From assembly GCF_009914755.1 (NCBI RefSeq), contig NC_060926.1: 64,000 nt of DNA; one strand, 5' to 3'. Under the pieces are notes generated by a model that worked only from the letters and a program-made list of their open reading frames with translations, did no database searches and was not told the origin of the DNA. Position numbers and translations under genes: made by a program. This DNA comes from the human T2T-CHM13v2.0 reference genome, Homo sapiens. How positions within the stretch are numbered: position 1 is the stretch's first letter; each line of letters opens with the position of its first letter. Positions 11,133-25,443 of this stretch are shown piece by piece.

Positions 11133-12735
11133 CCTGCTCATGTCAATTGTCTACTTTTAAATGAGTTATTGGTCTTTTGCTTGTTTTATTATTTAAGTTC
11201 TTTATAGATTCTGGATAGTAGACCTTTGCTGGTTGCATAGTTTGCAGATATGTTCTTCAATTCTATAAGTTGTCTGTTTACTCTGTTGATAGTTTCTTTT
11301 GCTTTGCAAAAGCTCTCTAGTTTAATTATGTCTCACTGGTCAATTTTTATTTTCCTTGCAATTGCTTTTGAGGACTTAGTCATAAATTCTTTCTTAAGGC
11401 TGAAGTCCAAAACGGTGATTCCTAAGTTTTCTTCTAGGATTCTTAATGTCTGAGGTCTTACTTTTAAATATTTAATTAATATTAAATAAATAATTAATTT
11501 CACTATATATACAAATTGAGTTAATTTGTATATATAGTGAAAGGTAGGAGTTCAGTTTTATTCTTCTGCCTATGGCTAGCCAGCTATTACAGCACCATTT
11601 ATTGAGTAGACAGTCCTTTCCCCACTGCTTATTTTGGTCAACTTCATGCAAGATCAGATAGTTGTAGGTATGTGACTTTATGTCTGCGTTCTCTATTGTG
11701 TTCCATTGGTCTGGGTGTCTGTTTTTGTACCAGAACCATGCTGTTTTGATTACTGTATTCTTACCATATAGTTTGATGTCAGTTAATGTGATGCTTCCAG
11801 GTTTGTTCTTTTTGCTTAGAATTACTTTGGGAATTTGGGCTCTTCTTTGGTTGCATATGAATTTTAGAATAGTTTTTTTAAATTTTGTGAAAAACGACAG
11901 TGGTGATTTGATATGAATAGCACTCTGGAAGGAAGACATACAAGTGGCCTACAATCGTATGAAAAAATACTCAACATCACTAATCATCAGAGAAATGCAA
12001 ATCAAAACTACAACGAGGTACCATCTCACACAAGTCAGAATGGCTACTATTAAAATGTCAAAAAACTACAGATGCTGGTAAAGCTGCAGAGAGAAGGGAA
12101 TGCTTATACACTGTTGGTGGAAAGTAAATTAGGTCAGCCACTGTGGAAAGCAATTTAGAGATTTCTCAAAGAACTTAAAAGAGCTACCATTTGACCCAGC
12201 AATTGTATTACTGGATATATATCCAAAAGAAAATTAATTGTTCTACCAATAAGACACATGCACTTGTACGTTTATCACAACATTTTTCACAATAACAAAG
12301 ACATGGAATCAACCTAGGTGCTCATCAACAGTGTATTGGATAAAGAAAATGTTGTACATATATATATGATGGAATACTATGCAACTATGAAAATTGAAAT
12401 CATGGACTTTGCAGCAACATGGATGCAGCGACAGGCCATTTTCTTAAGTGAATTAACATAGGAACAGAAAACCAAATACCATCAGTTTCTCACTTATAAG
12501 TCAGGGCCTAACATTGGGTACCCAATGGCATAAAGATAGCCACAACAGAAAATGGGGAATATTGGGGAGGAAAGTGGGGACCAAAGGTTGAAAAACAAAC
12601 TTTCAGGAATTATGCTTGCTACCTGGGTGACAGGATCATCTGTATTCCAAAACTCAGCATTTCACAAGATACTCATATAACAAACCTGCATATGCACCCC
12701 TTGAATCTAAAAATCGAAATTATTAAAAAAAGAAA
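11133..12735 (+). mobile_element. 5'-inverted L1PA16/17-like element
   Basis: Antisense ORF2 11133-~11924 (ORF 11472-11939) followed by the sense ORF2 end and 3'UTR; perfect 14-bp TSD AAAAGTCAAAATTG at 11119-11132 and 12736-12749. Confidence 0.92.
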
Positions 12736-14269
12736 AAAAGTCAAAATTGTACAAAATTAACAACAAAAAGATGACTTCAAATAGTGAGCCATAATAGTTT
12801 ATCTTAACTTTATACTCTCTACTTTTCTAAAATTATTTTTACTAAAATATTTCATATTGACAAATTCAACTTCTATTCAGATATTCATAAGTTCCATGAA
12901 TTCCAAAGTATATTCCTAAGTATATATTTAAAAACTTTTAAATTATCATGCTTTATTACAAAATACTTTTGATTAAATTTTTACTTTTCTCTAAGTATAT
13001 ATATATAAAAGTAGATAATTTACTATAGTAACCATGTAGCAGAAAATATGAAGAAAAACCTTAATCAAAGTGGACAAAGAAGTCAGTTTACATTATTGAA
13101 ATTTTTTATGCTGTTAGAAATGCTAAATGGGGAAAGCAATCTGAGGTATAATCATAATATTTAAAATAATGGTAATTACCATTATGTTCTAAAAGAACTT
13201 CAAATAGAGCTTTATACAAAATGATTAGAAACATGTTTTGTAATAAAAAGTAAGTGCATGGAAATAATGTAATGAAATGAAGAATAAGTGATTTTCATAC
13301 AGAAAATAATATATGAATTATTTTGTAAAGTTATTGTTAACTAAATGATATTGTTGATACCTTAAAAATGTTAGAGGTCTGCTGTTAGAAGGTTCTTTGA
13401 TCATAGGGCAAGAAACAGAAATTATAGAGAAAAGTTATTTCTACATACACTATGTATTTTTCACAAGAATTTTCCAAGGAAAAAATGAAAACAACTATAC
13501 ATTTCTTAAATATTAAGTAATTTATAATTAGATAATTACATCAGGGACATTTTCTAATTTGTTCATAAGGAAACAGAACTATTCTATGATGAATATGTAA
13601 GCAAAAGTTAGAAAGCTATGTAACCTTTGGGGAACATGAGTTACAGAAACAGAACTTTAATTGCTCTTCTAAATTGTCTTATACATGAGATCTAATATAT
13701 AATTATCACTTAAAGTAAGAAAGAAAAAATATAGATCCAAGAGAGAAATTACAAATATGTAATAATTAAATTTCATACAATGAAGTTTTCATATGTATTC
13801 TTATATGTATCTCAGGATAAGGCTGCTGAGTCTATTTCACTTTCTTTTCTCTGTATATTAGACAATTTTTTTTCACTGAGGTGAGCCATATTTCTTTCAC
13901 CATGCAGTTAGGAACAGAACTATATTAATAACTCACAACTGTAGAAAACAATGAAAGTCTCAGAGACTGATAGGTTACACAATTCCACTTCCTTGTGCAC
14001 CAAGTACCCTCTGGTTTGAATGTCGTTAACATAGGTTTTAGCATAAAAGTTCTGGGGCTCACTTTGATTACGTCTTCTAATGAATGCTCCCCTCATATTC
14101 GCTTTCCAATCCCAAGTGCATCCATAATTTGTCACTTGATTGTTGAATCTCCTGGGATCTTTCAGCCTCTTAATATGAAAGGACTGTCTACTCCATCTCT
14201 GTCATCTTCCTTTTGTCCTGCTTCTTCCCAAACACAAATGTATTTGGCACAACTGTTCTAATTATTGTA

Positions 14270-14400
14270 TCAAAAAATTTGCTTAAATCATCTCTTTAAA
14301 TCATCGTAACAGCCATATGAGTTAGGGACTTTTAACATGCTAATTCTACAAAGAAAAAACATGAGATGTATAAAGAACCTAAAGAATTTACCCAAATAAC
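14270..14400 (-). mobile_element. MIR fragment
   Basis: aatcatcgtaacagccatatgagttagg...attctacaaagaaaaaacatgag resembles the MIR core in antisense. Confidence 0.5.
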
Positions 14401-15229
14401 AGGAAACTGTGAAATAGATCTACGTGACACAAAAGTTTAAGATAACATAGGTAAAATTTGTTCATTTTCTCATTAAGCTATTTCTATTTCTTTCATAAAG
14501 TAAAATGATTTAACAATTTTCTTCTGCCTCTGTGCATTTATCTATTCAAAATGGTATTCTTTTTTTTTTTTTTTTTTTGGTGTTGGCATGACGGAACAGA
14601 AGATAAGACCTGTGTTAGTGGGAATCCATTGGGATTTTCAGTTACAGCCTCTTGACATTCCAAACGTTCAAAGGTTACCTTGAACTCTCTCCTATCATAG
14701 TGCACGCTGAGTATACTTACTGTTGGCCTCGGCTAATACTGAACTCCAGGGGATTTACAGTGATATTAAAAAATCAAAAACAAAAATGAAAAGAAAACAA
14801 CAACAACAACAACAAACTTCTGTCCTTATCATTCATCTTTAAAACTGAGTAGGAAAGGATAGTGAGGGAATTAATGCAAACCAAATTGTCCAGTTTTATT
14901 AAGAAGTCTCATTAGAAACTAACATACAAAAATTGGCTTTCTCAGTAATCTTAACAGTTAAAGCTTTTGTTTTAAAGATCCTTAATCAGTAATTAGCATA
15001 CTAGAGCTAATAATTGACACTAAGATTATTTAATATGAACCCCTGAAAAGTCAGTAGTCATTGTGTCTAAAGATGTAGAAGTACTTAGAATTCATATTTA
15101 ATATAAAGCAAATAATTTATTATGGAGAATGAATATTTTTAGTGTAAGAATCAATATTATATACAAATATATAAATGTTTATATATATATATATTTTTTT
15201 TTTTCTTTTCTGGTCACAGCTCCTAAAAA

Positions 15230-16190
15230 ACTCTAGAAGCAATGCTACTTTAGTAGCAATATGTACCTCTAGTTGCCAGAATGTGGCCTCTAATTATCAT
15301 TTACATCTGATTAGTACTAGGGCTATTTGGGGGAATATCTGATTCCAAATTTGAAGTAAGGGGTTACAGTATGAGTCTGAAACATTCTGTTGTACCAGAA
15401 AACAAGGAAAAAATGGAGCTGCATCAAAAGGACAAGGAAGCCAGTTTAAAGTTGGGTCTACTGACAAAAGGCGAGTTAAGTTAAATAGCACATAAAAGAC
15501 TGTTACTAATGAAAACGAGTTTCACATGTAAAAGTCCATTATTCCAGCATGATATTCAAAATAGCAAAAGCAAAAGAACAAACAGGTAAATAAAATGTTA
15601 TGTGCCACAATTGTAAGTAACTATAACACCAAATACTTTCTAAAACTACTTAGTTAAAGAGAAGTACTTAAGCATTGACACTGTTCTAGAGGAAGAAATA
15701 TATAGTCCTAGTTGGTCATAGAAAGATAATTTTAACAAGAGGATGGCATTTAAACTTAGAAAGAATAACAGAATTAGAAAATTACCATATTGTAATTCCC
15801 TGTGTAATCACTGATTCGGACAATAACTGATGATAAAACCATTAGCTGAAAGATTGGTAAGATAACATCAATTTATGTTATACTAAAGTAACACTTCATA
15901 AATTTCTTGTTGTTTACAATGGATGGAGCCAAACTTCATCATCCTACTCAGTGATCAGTCTTATTATCCCTCAACCAGAATCCTGGCCTTTTCCAACATG
16001 AAGGTCATAGCATCACCTGTGAAGTACTTTTGCAAAAATTGTTTAACCTGAATCCATTTAATCTATTAGATATAAAGTCTGGTTACAGTAATTCAGAGGA
16101 AGAATGAACCATTAATGTGAGAACAATCAAATCCAGAAGGTGGGGCATTCTAGGAGCTCTTTAAGATATCAATACCATGGATTAAAAAAC
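15230..16190 (+). mobile_element. L1MC4/5-like 3' UTR fragment
   Basis: agcaatgctactttagtagcaat, catcaaaaggacaaggaagccagtt and tagcatcacctgtgaagtacttttgcaaaaattgtttaacctgaatc. Confidence 0.7.
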
Positions 16191-18379
16191 GAGTAAGTGT
16201 GAGTTAGTTTGAAAGGTCTTTGAAGAAGTAAGCCTATGATACAGAGAAGGGTATTATTACAAGACAGACAGACTATGGACTTTAAACAGAAGTGTAGAAC
16301 CCCTGATCTGTCACTGATGGCCTCTCCAGGATAGTTCTGTGTCTATAAAGAGGAAAGGATTTATATGGTACAGTAGTAAGAATGTCCCACTTTGAAAATT
16401 AGACACTCGCTCTGAGTATGTACTGTACAAGGGAAAAGAGAGAGTGACAAATGAAAAAGTAGCACAAGAATGTTGTGGCATGAAAGAAGGTAAGTTAAAA
16501 AAAAAAAAAGCCCTTCCTTTGACACTGTCCTGCTACAACAAGTTCCTTATGTTATACCCATATATAGTTCAAAACATTCTGGAACATGTCTCCTAAGAAC
16601 AATGCTTTATTTTTGAATGATTAACAAAATCTTAAATTCAAGCATTTCTCTTAATCTTTAATTGGCTTTACTTTAGTTATCATATAACTAAATATATGCT
16701 ATAACGAATATATATATACACATACATATATATATACATATATATTTGAATATATGTTGATATGTTATATTTTTAAAAACCTTGACATATGCTCTGAGGT
16801 GGGGGTGGGTGGTGCAGAGGGAATGAATTCTAGCATGACACCAAAACTGGTAGTTTCAGATTCAAAACTATTCAGCTTAATGTATTATTTTTGTCAGGAA
16901 AAGTTGATGGCTTAGAAAATATCTTTGATTTGTTGTTGTTTTTTATTTCTCTTCTCTATTCTTTAATATTATCTTTTCTCTGTCTGTAACCTGAAGTACT
17001 TGATTGTTCCTTAAGGAATCTGACAAACTTATAAAGTAAATATGTAATTATAAGCAGTGTAAAAAGCATAAGATTTTCTAAATTCTCCTAAATTGATTTT
17101 TTTTAATGTCAAAGCTGAGGCACTAGCAGTTCTGTAGAGTTTTCAGATTTAAGTGCTAAGAGTCTTGACGTTTTCAGGCTCATGGCAAGTTTTTTATTCA
17201 TCCATCCTGATAATTATAGGGTGTATAAAAATGTGTATATATTCCTTGTTAGGTCAAAAGATAAACAACCATCTCTTGTTTTATAAATTAATGTTAATGA
17301 TGGTAGCTTTATCTGACAATATAGATCTTATAGAAGAATATCTATATATGTATATAAAGATTCATTTATATTTATGAAATGAAATTCTATTTTATAACTT
17401 GGATATCATTTTGGTTTTAAAACTAGTTGAAAAAATAGAAAGCGACTGCTTTATTGTAATCTCTTATTATATATCATGTATACTGTCAGAATTGAGAAAA
17501 TCATTATAATTGATGCAAAAATGGTACCTTGTGAGGGATTTGGGGGCTAAGACTGACGGTAAGGAAACCTGAAGCAGATATTTTGTCCTATTTCCCAGGT
17601 TTTATCTCATTTAAAGAAAAAAACTTGGTAGATAATAAAATAAAGCCCAAGAACTCCTGCCTTTGCAGCCTGACAATGCTAATAGGAGACATAATCTTGT
17701 ATTTAGTCAAAGAGGAAAGTTTCCTGTTCTCCTCTGGGAAAAGAACTAGGCAGGTTTGCAATGCTGGGTAAGTTTAAGTTTGTGATCTCAATGTGATTTC
17801 TGATTTTGAACAATATGTACACTCTGGGATATTGAAATTAAAAACAACTAGTCACTGGAAACAAAATATGAAGTAAAAAGTCAATAAATAATCAATATAA
17901 GATGTAAAAATATGTAAGACATAAAACCATGAAAAATAAATGTAAGCCCAGGGTAATAAAGAAGATATTTCAACAAATAAATTTGAGGAGCTAAGGGCTA
18001 GATGTTTGAAGTATTGCATTGATTAAAACAAACCGTTCAAGTTAGGATCTTATTGTCTTAGGGAAACGGACATATAAAAGTGTAATTTCAACATAATGTA
18101 TAAAATATAACAGTACATTTAACGTAAGAATTATAGGAATAACAAGAGAAACACCCAAACATTTCAGAGAGACAGGAGATGAGGAAGGAGCAGATTCTTG
18201 GCGGGTAACTAGAAGTGATTGATATTAACAAAGTAAGAGAAGAAAATTCAAAAAGAATCACTGTCACAAAGGTCAGAGGCATCAAAGAATATAACATATT
18301 ATCTGGAATTATTTGTTACTGAAGAATTATAAATTTAAAAGGGGAGAAATAGTAATAAGAAGGCTTGGGATATGGCTAA

Positions 18380-20090
18380 GTTTTCCATCTTGATGGTTGT
18401 GCCATTGATTCTATAGATTTCTTTGGGGAGTGTAGCCATCTTACTGGTATTAGATCTTCAAATTCATAAATATGCACTGTTCTACCATTTATTTAGGTCT
18501 TAAGTTTCTTTCAGCAATGCTTTGTAGTTTTCTGTGTCTTTCACCTCCTTATTTAAATTTCTGTCATTTTTAAATATACTTTAAGTTCTGGGATACATGT
18601 GCAGGATGTGCATGTTTGTTACATAGGTATACATTGCCATGATGGTTTGCTGCACCCATCAACCCCTCATCTGGGTTTTTAGCCCCGCATGCATTAGGTA
18701 TTTGTCCTAATGCTCTCCCTCCCCTTTTCCCCTACCCCCAACAGGCCCCAGTGTGTGATGTTCCCCTCTGTGTCCACGTGTTCTTATTGTTCAACTCCCA
18801 ATTATGAGTGAGAACATACAGTGTTTGGTTTTCTGTTCCTGTGTTAGTTTGCTGAGGATGATGGTTTCCAGCTTCATCCATGTCCCTGCAAAGGACACGA
18901 ACTCATTCTTTTTTATGGCAGCATAGTATGCCATGGTATATATTTGCCATATTTTCTCTCTGCAGTCTATCATTGAAGGGCATTTGGGTTGGTTCTAAGT
19001 TTTGCTATTGTAAATAGTGCTGCAATAAACATATGTGTGCATGTGTCTTTATAGTAGAATGATTTATAATTCTTTGTGTATAAATCCATTGTACTGGTAA
19101 CAAAACATATATAGACCAGTGGAACAGAAGAGAGGCCTCAGAAATAACACCACACATCTACAACCATCTCATCTTCAAAAAACCTGACAAAAACAAGCAA
19201 TGGGGAAAGGATTCCCTATTTAGTAAATGGTGCTGGGAAAACTGGCTAGCCATATGCGGCAAACTGAAACTGGACCCCTTCGTTATACCTTATACAAAAA
19301 TTAACTCAAGATGGATTAAAGACTTAAATATAAGACCTAAAAGCATAAAAACCCTAGAATAAAGCCTAGGCAATGCCATTCAGGACACAGGCATGGGAAC
19401 AGACATCATGACTAAAACACCAAAAACAATGGCAACAAAAGCCAAAATTGACAAATAGAATCTAATTAAACTAAAGAGCTTCTGCACAGCAAAAGAAACT
19501 ATCATCAAAGTGAACAGGCAACCTACAGAATGGGAGAAAATTTTTGAAAGCTATCCATCTGGCAAAGGTCTAATTTCCAGAATCTATAAGGAACTTAAAC
19601 AAATTTACAAGAAAGAAACCCCATCAAAAAGTGGGCAAAGAATATGAACAGATACTTCTCAAAATAAGACATTTATACCGCCAACAGAAATATGAAAAAA
19701 TATTCATCATCACTGGTCATTAGAGAAATGTAAATCAAAACCACAATGAGATATCATCTCACACCAGTTAGAATGGCAATCATTAAAAAGTCAGGAAACA
19801 ACAGATTCTGGAAAGGATGTGGAGAAATAGGAACAGTTTTACACTCTTGGTGGGAATGTTAATTAGTTCAACCATTGTGGAAGACAGTGTGGCAATTCCT
19901 CAAGGATATAGAACCAGAAATACCATTTGACCCAGCAATTCCATTACTGGGTATATACCCAAAGGATTAAATTTATTTTTAAGTATTTATTTTTCTGTAT
20001 GTTTTTGAATGTAAAACATGTTTTCTTAATTTCCTTTTTGGATTATTCATTGCTGGGGCACAGAAACACCATGAAGTTTTATACAGAAGG
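18380..20090 (-). mobile_element. Old L1M ORF2 fragment (18380-18560 and 19967-20090) split by an L1PA
   Basis: ccatttatttaggtctt...tttcagcaatgctttgtagtttt continues after the insert as ttttcttaatttcctttttggattattcattgctgg. Confidence 0.7.
18567..19968 (-). mobile_element. 5'-inverted L1PA7/8-like element
   Basis: Antisense 3' end 18567-19090 (ORF 18791-18973), opposite-orientation ORF2 19091-19968; short TSD TTAAATTT at 18553-18560 and 19967-19974. Confidence 0.9.
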
Positions 20091-22798
20091 AGCTTTTTGA
20101 TATGTATATGCAACGGGCATACCAGTTGGTAATACAAAGCTGGGATTGTGAAAAATAATGTAGAGATAAACTTGATCTTTTATTTTAGCATTGGTGTAGC
20201 TGATGATCTTACAATGTAATGTTGGAGTTACCAAAAGTCTTAGTTAAGGGGTGATGAATTCAGTTTTAAGCCTGGCCAGGTTTAGGTAATTGTGTATATT
20301 CAAGGCATATCCAGGTTTTACTTTTGTATACCTAAAGGAAATAAGTAAATTATAAGCTTATAACTTATAGTTGGTATTTAAAATTGTAAAAGGTGGTTTT
20401 AATCTACAAGAAGAGCTTTTAAGACAATGATTGTAGACCTTGTGAGATATACATAAAATTTTATATTTTGACCATCTCTTTTGAAATATGTGTATGAAAC
20501 ATATTTTACAAATGATTTTGAGATTCTTTGAGTCATGCTTCATATGTTGATGATCCCTGATAAAGAAACACTTTTTAAAGTAGAGAAGAAGATAGAGGTG
20601 AGTGTACCTGAGACAAGCAAAATGTCAGGAATGATCCACAGGGAAAAAATACAAAGGGAATTCCTGAGACTAGAAACTCATGAAGAGAGAAAAACAAACC
20701 AAGAGATAGTAGAGAATTTTAATGAGAATAAAATCTTTGCAAAATGTTTAGAAAGGGGAAAAATGAATTTTAAGCACCCATAAATGTTAGCAATTTAAAA
20801 TCATTAGTTATCTTTTATTTAGCATATTAAGTAAGCATTAAAGATGGGAGCCAGGTTTCAAATGGGTAAGGATAGATTGAGAGTTGAAAAATTGGACTTG
20901 GACACATATGCATATCTTTTGAGAAGTTCATATGAGGGAAAGGGGGATCGGGCTACAGCTAGGGAGTCATGAAATCAAGGAATAGAAAAACACTAGCATA
21001 TACCGTACATTGATTGGAAGGGAAAAGTAAGAACAAAACCTGAAATTTGAATATTTGCCAGAAGTATTGTATAACAGTCATGTATATAACACATGCCAGA
21101 GAAGATTATTTAAAAGCATAATATTCAATGAGCATTTATATGTATAAATGTAAATTCAAAATAATGATGCAGAATTGGAAGATAACATCTATTTACGTTA
21201 GTTCGCAAAGGTTTTTTCTTTATCCATTCCTAATGTCTTACAGATTTTTCACAGTGGGAACCCAAGAGGGTAAGCATGAATGTTATAAAAATAGAGAAAA
21301 AATCAAGTAAAGTAAAAAAACAGAAAAAAATAGTACTTCACTGACATAGGAAAAGCATATGAAAACAATTAAGAAATGATAAAGCAAACAAAAATAAAAT
21401 TATCCAGAACTTAAGCCCCTTCGTCCATCCCCTCATGGGAGATTTGGCCATCAGTGAATATTACATCTAAGTTGGCATTAGATATATGTGTAACTCATAT
21501 ATGTTGTGCATTACATTTATGTTTACCCCTCCCTCTCAATATTGGGATGTTTCCTCAGTCCTCATGGATAAAGAAGATAATGATAGAAGTTTCTGAGTAA
21601 GCAAAAATTTCTAAAATTCAAAGAACAGGTGCAGAGACTGACTTCAATAGCTGCAGGAGGTCTGGTCAAAAACAATTTGATGATGAGTAATTGGGTCAAA
21701 GATAATTTGGTCAACATGACTAACTGGTAGAAATTATTTCCAGTCATTGGATTTTCATAGGTTTCTATTTTTAAAATTTCCACTTTTTAGCAAGTTTCTA
21801 TATTTAAAATAATTTATAAATGTTATAAGAATCCTTTCACTATTGAAGATAAATTATGTCTATTTTCTAATTTAGTCTCAGCAATGTATTAATGTTATGA
21901 GATACTTCCAATGAAAATAACTTAAAAACAACTAAATGTCCAAAATTTTACTTATTAGGATATTATCAAATAAAAAGGTTTAAATTACGACCTAATAAAT
22001 CTTAATAACATTTTACATGACGCAAAGACATTTAGAATAAAATGAAGAAACCCCAGTTAAATAATAGAATTTTTAGGTTATTGAAAAAATATTTTTATCA
22101 ATTTTCACTAAAAAGAAGAAAACAAAATTAAACTGTATTTATACAAGCAAAGCTTTATAATTCTCTCAGAAGAATTACAGAATATGCCTAGGATATTCTT
22201 CAATTTCAACTTTAAAATTTATAAACAAGTAAAAAATGGTTGGAGAAAGTAATATTGGTCAGAATGAAGTTAAAATATTCATCTGGTTTCTACCAGAATC
22301 CTGACTATGACTCTGACACCTTTGAAGACCTTTAGGCAACTAGTAGGCAGAATTAAGATTGCTCATTCAGGATTTCTGGCACACACATATTCCTCAGATT
22401 TTTGCTAATCTAATTTAACATCTTCATGCAATTCTTAGTGTGGAAATCTTTGGCTTCATATTGAAAGCAATGTCCTGCCTCTGAAACTGTCTTGCCTTAC
22501 AACTATGGTTTTCCACAAAGTAAGAGAAGTTTGAATCAGCAAGCAAAATGAGTTGGGGAAAAAAATATGCATCTACAACAATCCAGCCAGAAAGATATAT
22601 GGATTTATTAAATTTGACACCCTGAACAGCAGCTAAACCATTAATCCTTGGACTGTCTACATTTTCAGGTAATGAAAGTTGGATCTTTTACTTTCTCCCC
22701 ATTCTGAAGGACTAGACCCAAGACAAGATTGGGGAGGTTGTGCTTTAAATGTCTCATAAAAGGAGACCTACTATACATCCTAGAAGATAACTTATTTT

Positions 22799-22852
22799 TC
22801 TCTCTCTCGTCCTTGATCTTGCTCTCACTCTCTCTCTCTCTGTCTCTCTCTC
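22799..22852. repeat. Imperfect (TC)n
   Basis: Directly visible. Confidence 0.8.
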
Positions 22853-23282
22853 AAATTAGATAATACAATATTTATGACTTTTAAGATTCTTGGCTAGGCC
22901 ACTTAGCTTTATCTTCATTAAAATAAAGCTAACAATGCATTAGCTAAAATAAAGCTAACAAGGCATTTGTCGAGAGGAAAAAGATGCATAGAGCCTTAAG
23001 TTTTCTATCATGTGGCTGGGCAGGAGGGAATGGAGTTAGAACTGGTAATTCCTAGTGCTTACTATCATTTTAATCCTCGAATGTTTGTCTTTGCTTCTAA
23101 TAACCAGTTTCCTTGCTTACTCTCTTTTAGAGTTTTATAAAGAAAAATGCCTAATTTTGTTGTACTTTCCAGATAGGTGAAGTACAAATGATATTCAAAA
23201 GGTAATGTAAGACACAAAAATTATCTTAGAAGTTATTCTACTATTTACGTTATCAATTTTGATATGGACTGTATACTAAGAC

Positions 23283-24015
23283 TGATCTTGTATATAATAG
23301 ATTAAGGGAATCATAAGTTTTCTAGAAAATAGATTGACAAGAGAGTAGCTGATAAGGGAAATAAAGACAATTATTTTATGGAATTTTTTCCTAAGTAAAT
23401 AACAACTGCTTTTAGGTACTTTCTCAAACACTCAGCTGATAAAAAACTAAATAATTAGCATAAAAACAGAAAAGCTGATATTGTAATTAACAGTTTTGTG
23501 GCTACTAAGCCCTCTCTTACCAGTAAAACACCTATAACATTTAAATTAAAACACAACACCCAAAAACCTCTAAAAATATTGATATTGTCAAATATTTAAA
23601 GGATTTTTGAAACAGTACAATAGAATTGCGAGCATCATGAGCAATAGTGTCAGATGTAGTCTGAGTTTAAGTCTCATTTTAGTCACTCACTTGTTCTATG
23701 ATTTTGAAAAAAACATTTAAACTCCCTGACACACAGTTTTATCAGCTGTCCAATGTAGAGGATCAACAGTAATACCTATACTGTAGGATTATCATAGAGA
23801 TTAAACAAGAATATGCACAGAAAATACATATCATACAGCCTAAGAGCTATAAGCACTAGCTATTTCTATTATTCCTGGTATTGTTTGGTAACAAGCAGGA
23901 CATTAATGATCTTGTATATAATAGCCTGAGGGAATCATAGATTTTCTAGAAAATAGAAGGAGGAGAGAGTAGCTGATGAGGGAAACAAAGACAATTATTT
24001 TATGGAACTTTTTCC
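23283..24015 (+). repeat. 109-bp direct duplication (23283-23391 and 23907-24015)
   Basis: Gap-free manual alignment with 12 mismatches. Confidence 0.95.
23635..23870 (+). mobile_element. MIR
   Basis: cagttttatcagctgtccaatg...gtaatacctatactgtaggattatcatagagattaaa is the MIR core. Confidence 0.7.
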
Positions 24016-24719
24016 AGAAAATGATTTTAAAAGATAGAGGAAAAGATAATCATTGATTGTCGTGAATCTTGGAAGAGGGTTTTTTGTTGTTATTCCTGCT
24101 TTTGTTTTTTTATTTATTTAAAGACAGATGAACTTAAATGAGTGAGAGTTTGAAGACAGTGTGAAAAAAATCAATAAAACCATGGAACAATGAAATGACT
24201 TCATTATGTATTTTTCAGAAGGCAATTTTATACCAGTTAAATGATTAATCTTAGAAATGAGTGGAGATGTCTTTGTTATCCTACCAGAAAAGAGAAAAAA
24301 AAGTATGGTTGCATATGAGTTAAGTTCATAAGTTTAAAGAAAAATGAAGGATTTCCAACAGCTTCATCTTCTGTGTGAAGCAGTGGTAGTAGTTGCTGTT
24401 GTTTGTATAGACTCTCAAATAGTAATTACTGGGCCAAAATGAACACAGGTTTCTAATCCACTTTATACATATGGGCTAAATGATTTTCAGGGGTAAAGTC
24501 CTAATTCACACCCTTTAGGAGTGTATCAACGGATATAGCCATTCTTCTATCTCTACAACCAGGCAGAATTCAGCAATCATCAGTTTATCTAGTATGAGTT
24601 ACTTGTGTGTGAATGTTTTATGTAATAGTGAAGAATGCATATGCATTTTTGCTCTCATTGAGTGTTACGCAGTGCAGGAAAATAGAAGATATACTGGGCA
24701 CACAATAGGCAATAGATAT

Positions 24720-24747
24720 TCTATCTATCTATCTATCTATCTATCTA
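24720..24747. repeat. (TCTA)n
   Basis: Directly visible. Confidence 0.9.
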
Positions 24748-24759
24748 GATATACTGTAG

Positions 24760-25235
24760 TAGTGGTCCCCAGGGACCAGTTTCATGGAAGATGATTTTTC
24801 CATGGTCTGGCGGGAGCACAGGGGATGGTTTGAGGATGATTCAAGCACATGACATTTATTGTAAAATTTATATCTATTATTATTACATTGTAACAGATAC
24901 TGAAATAAATATACAACTCACCATAATATAGAATCAGTGGGAGCCCTGAGCTTGATTTTCTTCAACTAAACGGTTCCATCTGGGGGTGATGGGAGATGGT
25001 GACAGGTCATCAGGAATTAGATTCTCATAAGGAATATGCAACTTAGATCCTAACAGGGTTTGCGCTCCTATGAGATGCCATCGCCGATCTGACAGGAGCC
25101 AGAGCTCAGGTGGCAATGCAAGGGATGGGGAGCAGTTGTAAATGCAAATGAACCTTGCTTACTTGCCAGCCCACTTACTTCTTGCTGTGTGGCCTGGTTC
25201 CTAACCAGGACAGGTACAGGGTTTGGGGGCCCCTG
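24760..25235 (-). mobile_element. MER1A hAT-Charlie element
   Basis: gaatcagtgggagccctgagcttg...attagattctcataagga...ctgacaggag; 8-bp TSD TACTGTAG (24752-24759) / TACTATAG (25236-25243). Confidence 0.9.
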
Positions 25236-25391
25236 TACTATAGAAATAGATAAAGAGGAGATAGATGAAAGAAAAATGGAGATATATAGATATCTATCTA
25301 TATTACTAGATAGATGTAAATAGATAGACATAAATCCAGAGTCTATTGACAGCAACAAAGAAAATAAAGTAGGATGGTTTTAATATAGGAG

Positions 25392-25393
<2 letters not shown>

Positions 25394-25436
<43 letters not shown>

Positions 25437-25443
25437 TACATAC
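25394..25443. repeat. (CA)n(TACA)n
   Basis: Directly visible. Confidence 0.95.

Noticed and set aside
14700-14815. Minus-strand GTAAGT donor downstream of a T-rich tract
   Set aside because: No AG directly follows the pyrimidine tract, so no exon boundary can be defined.
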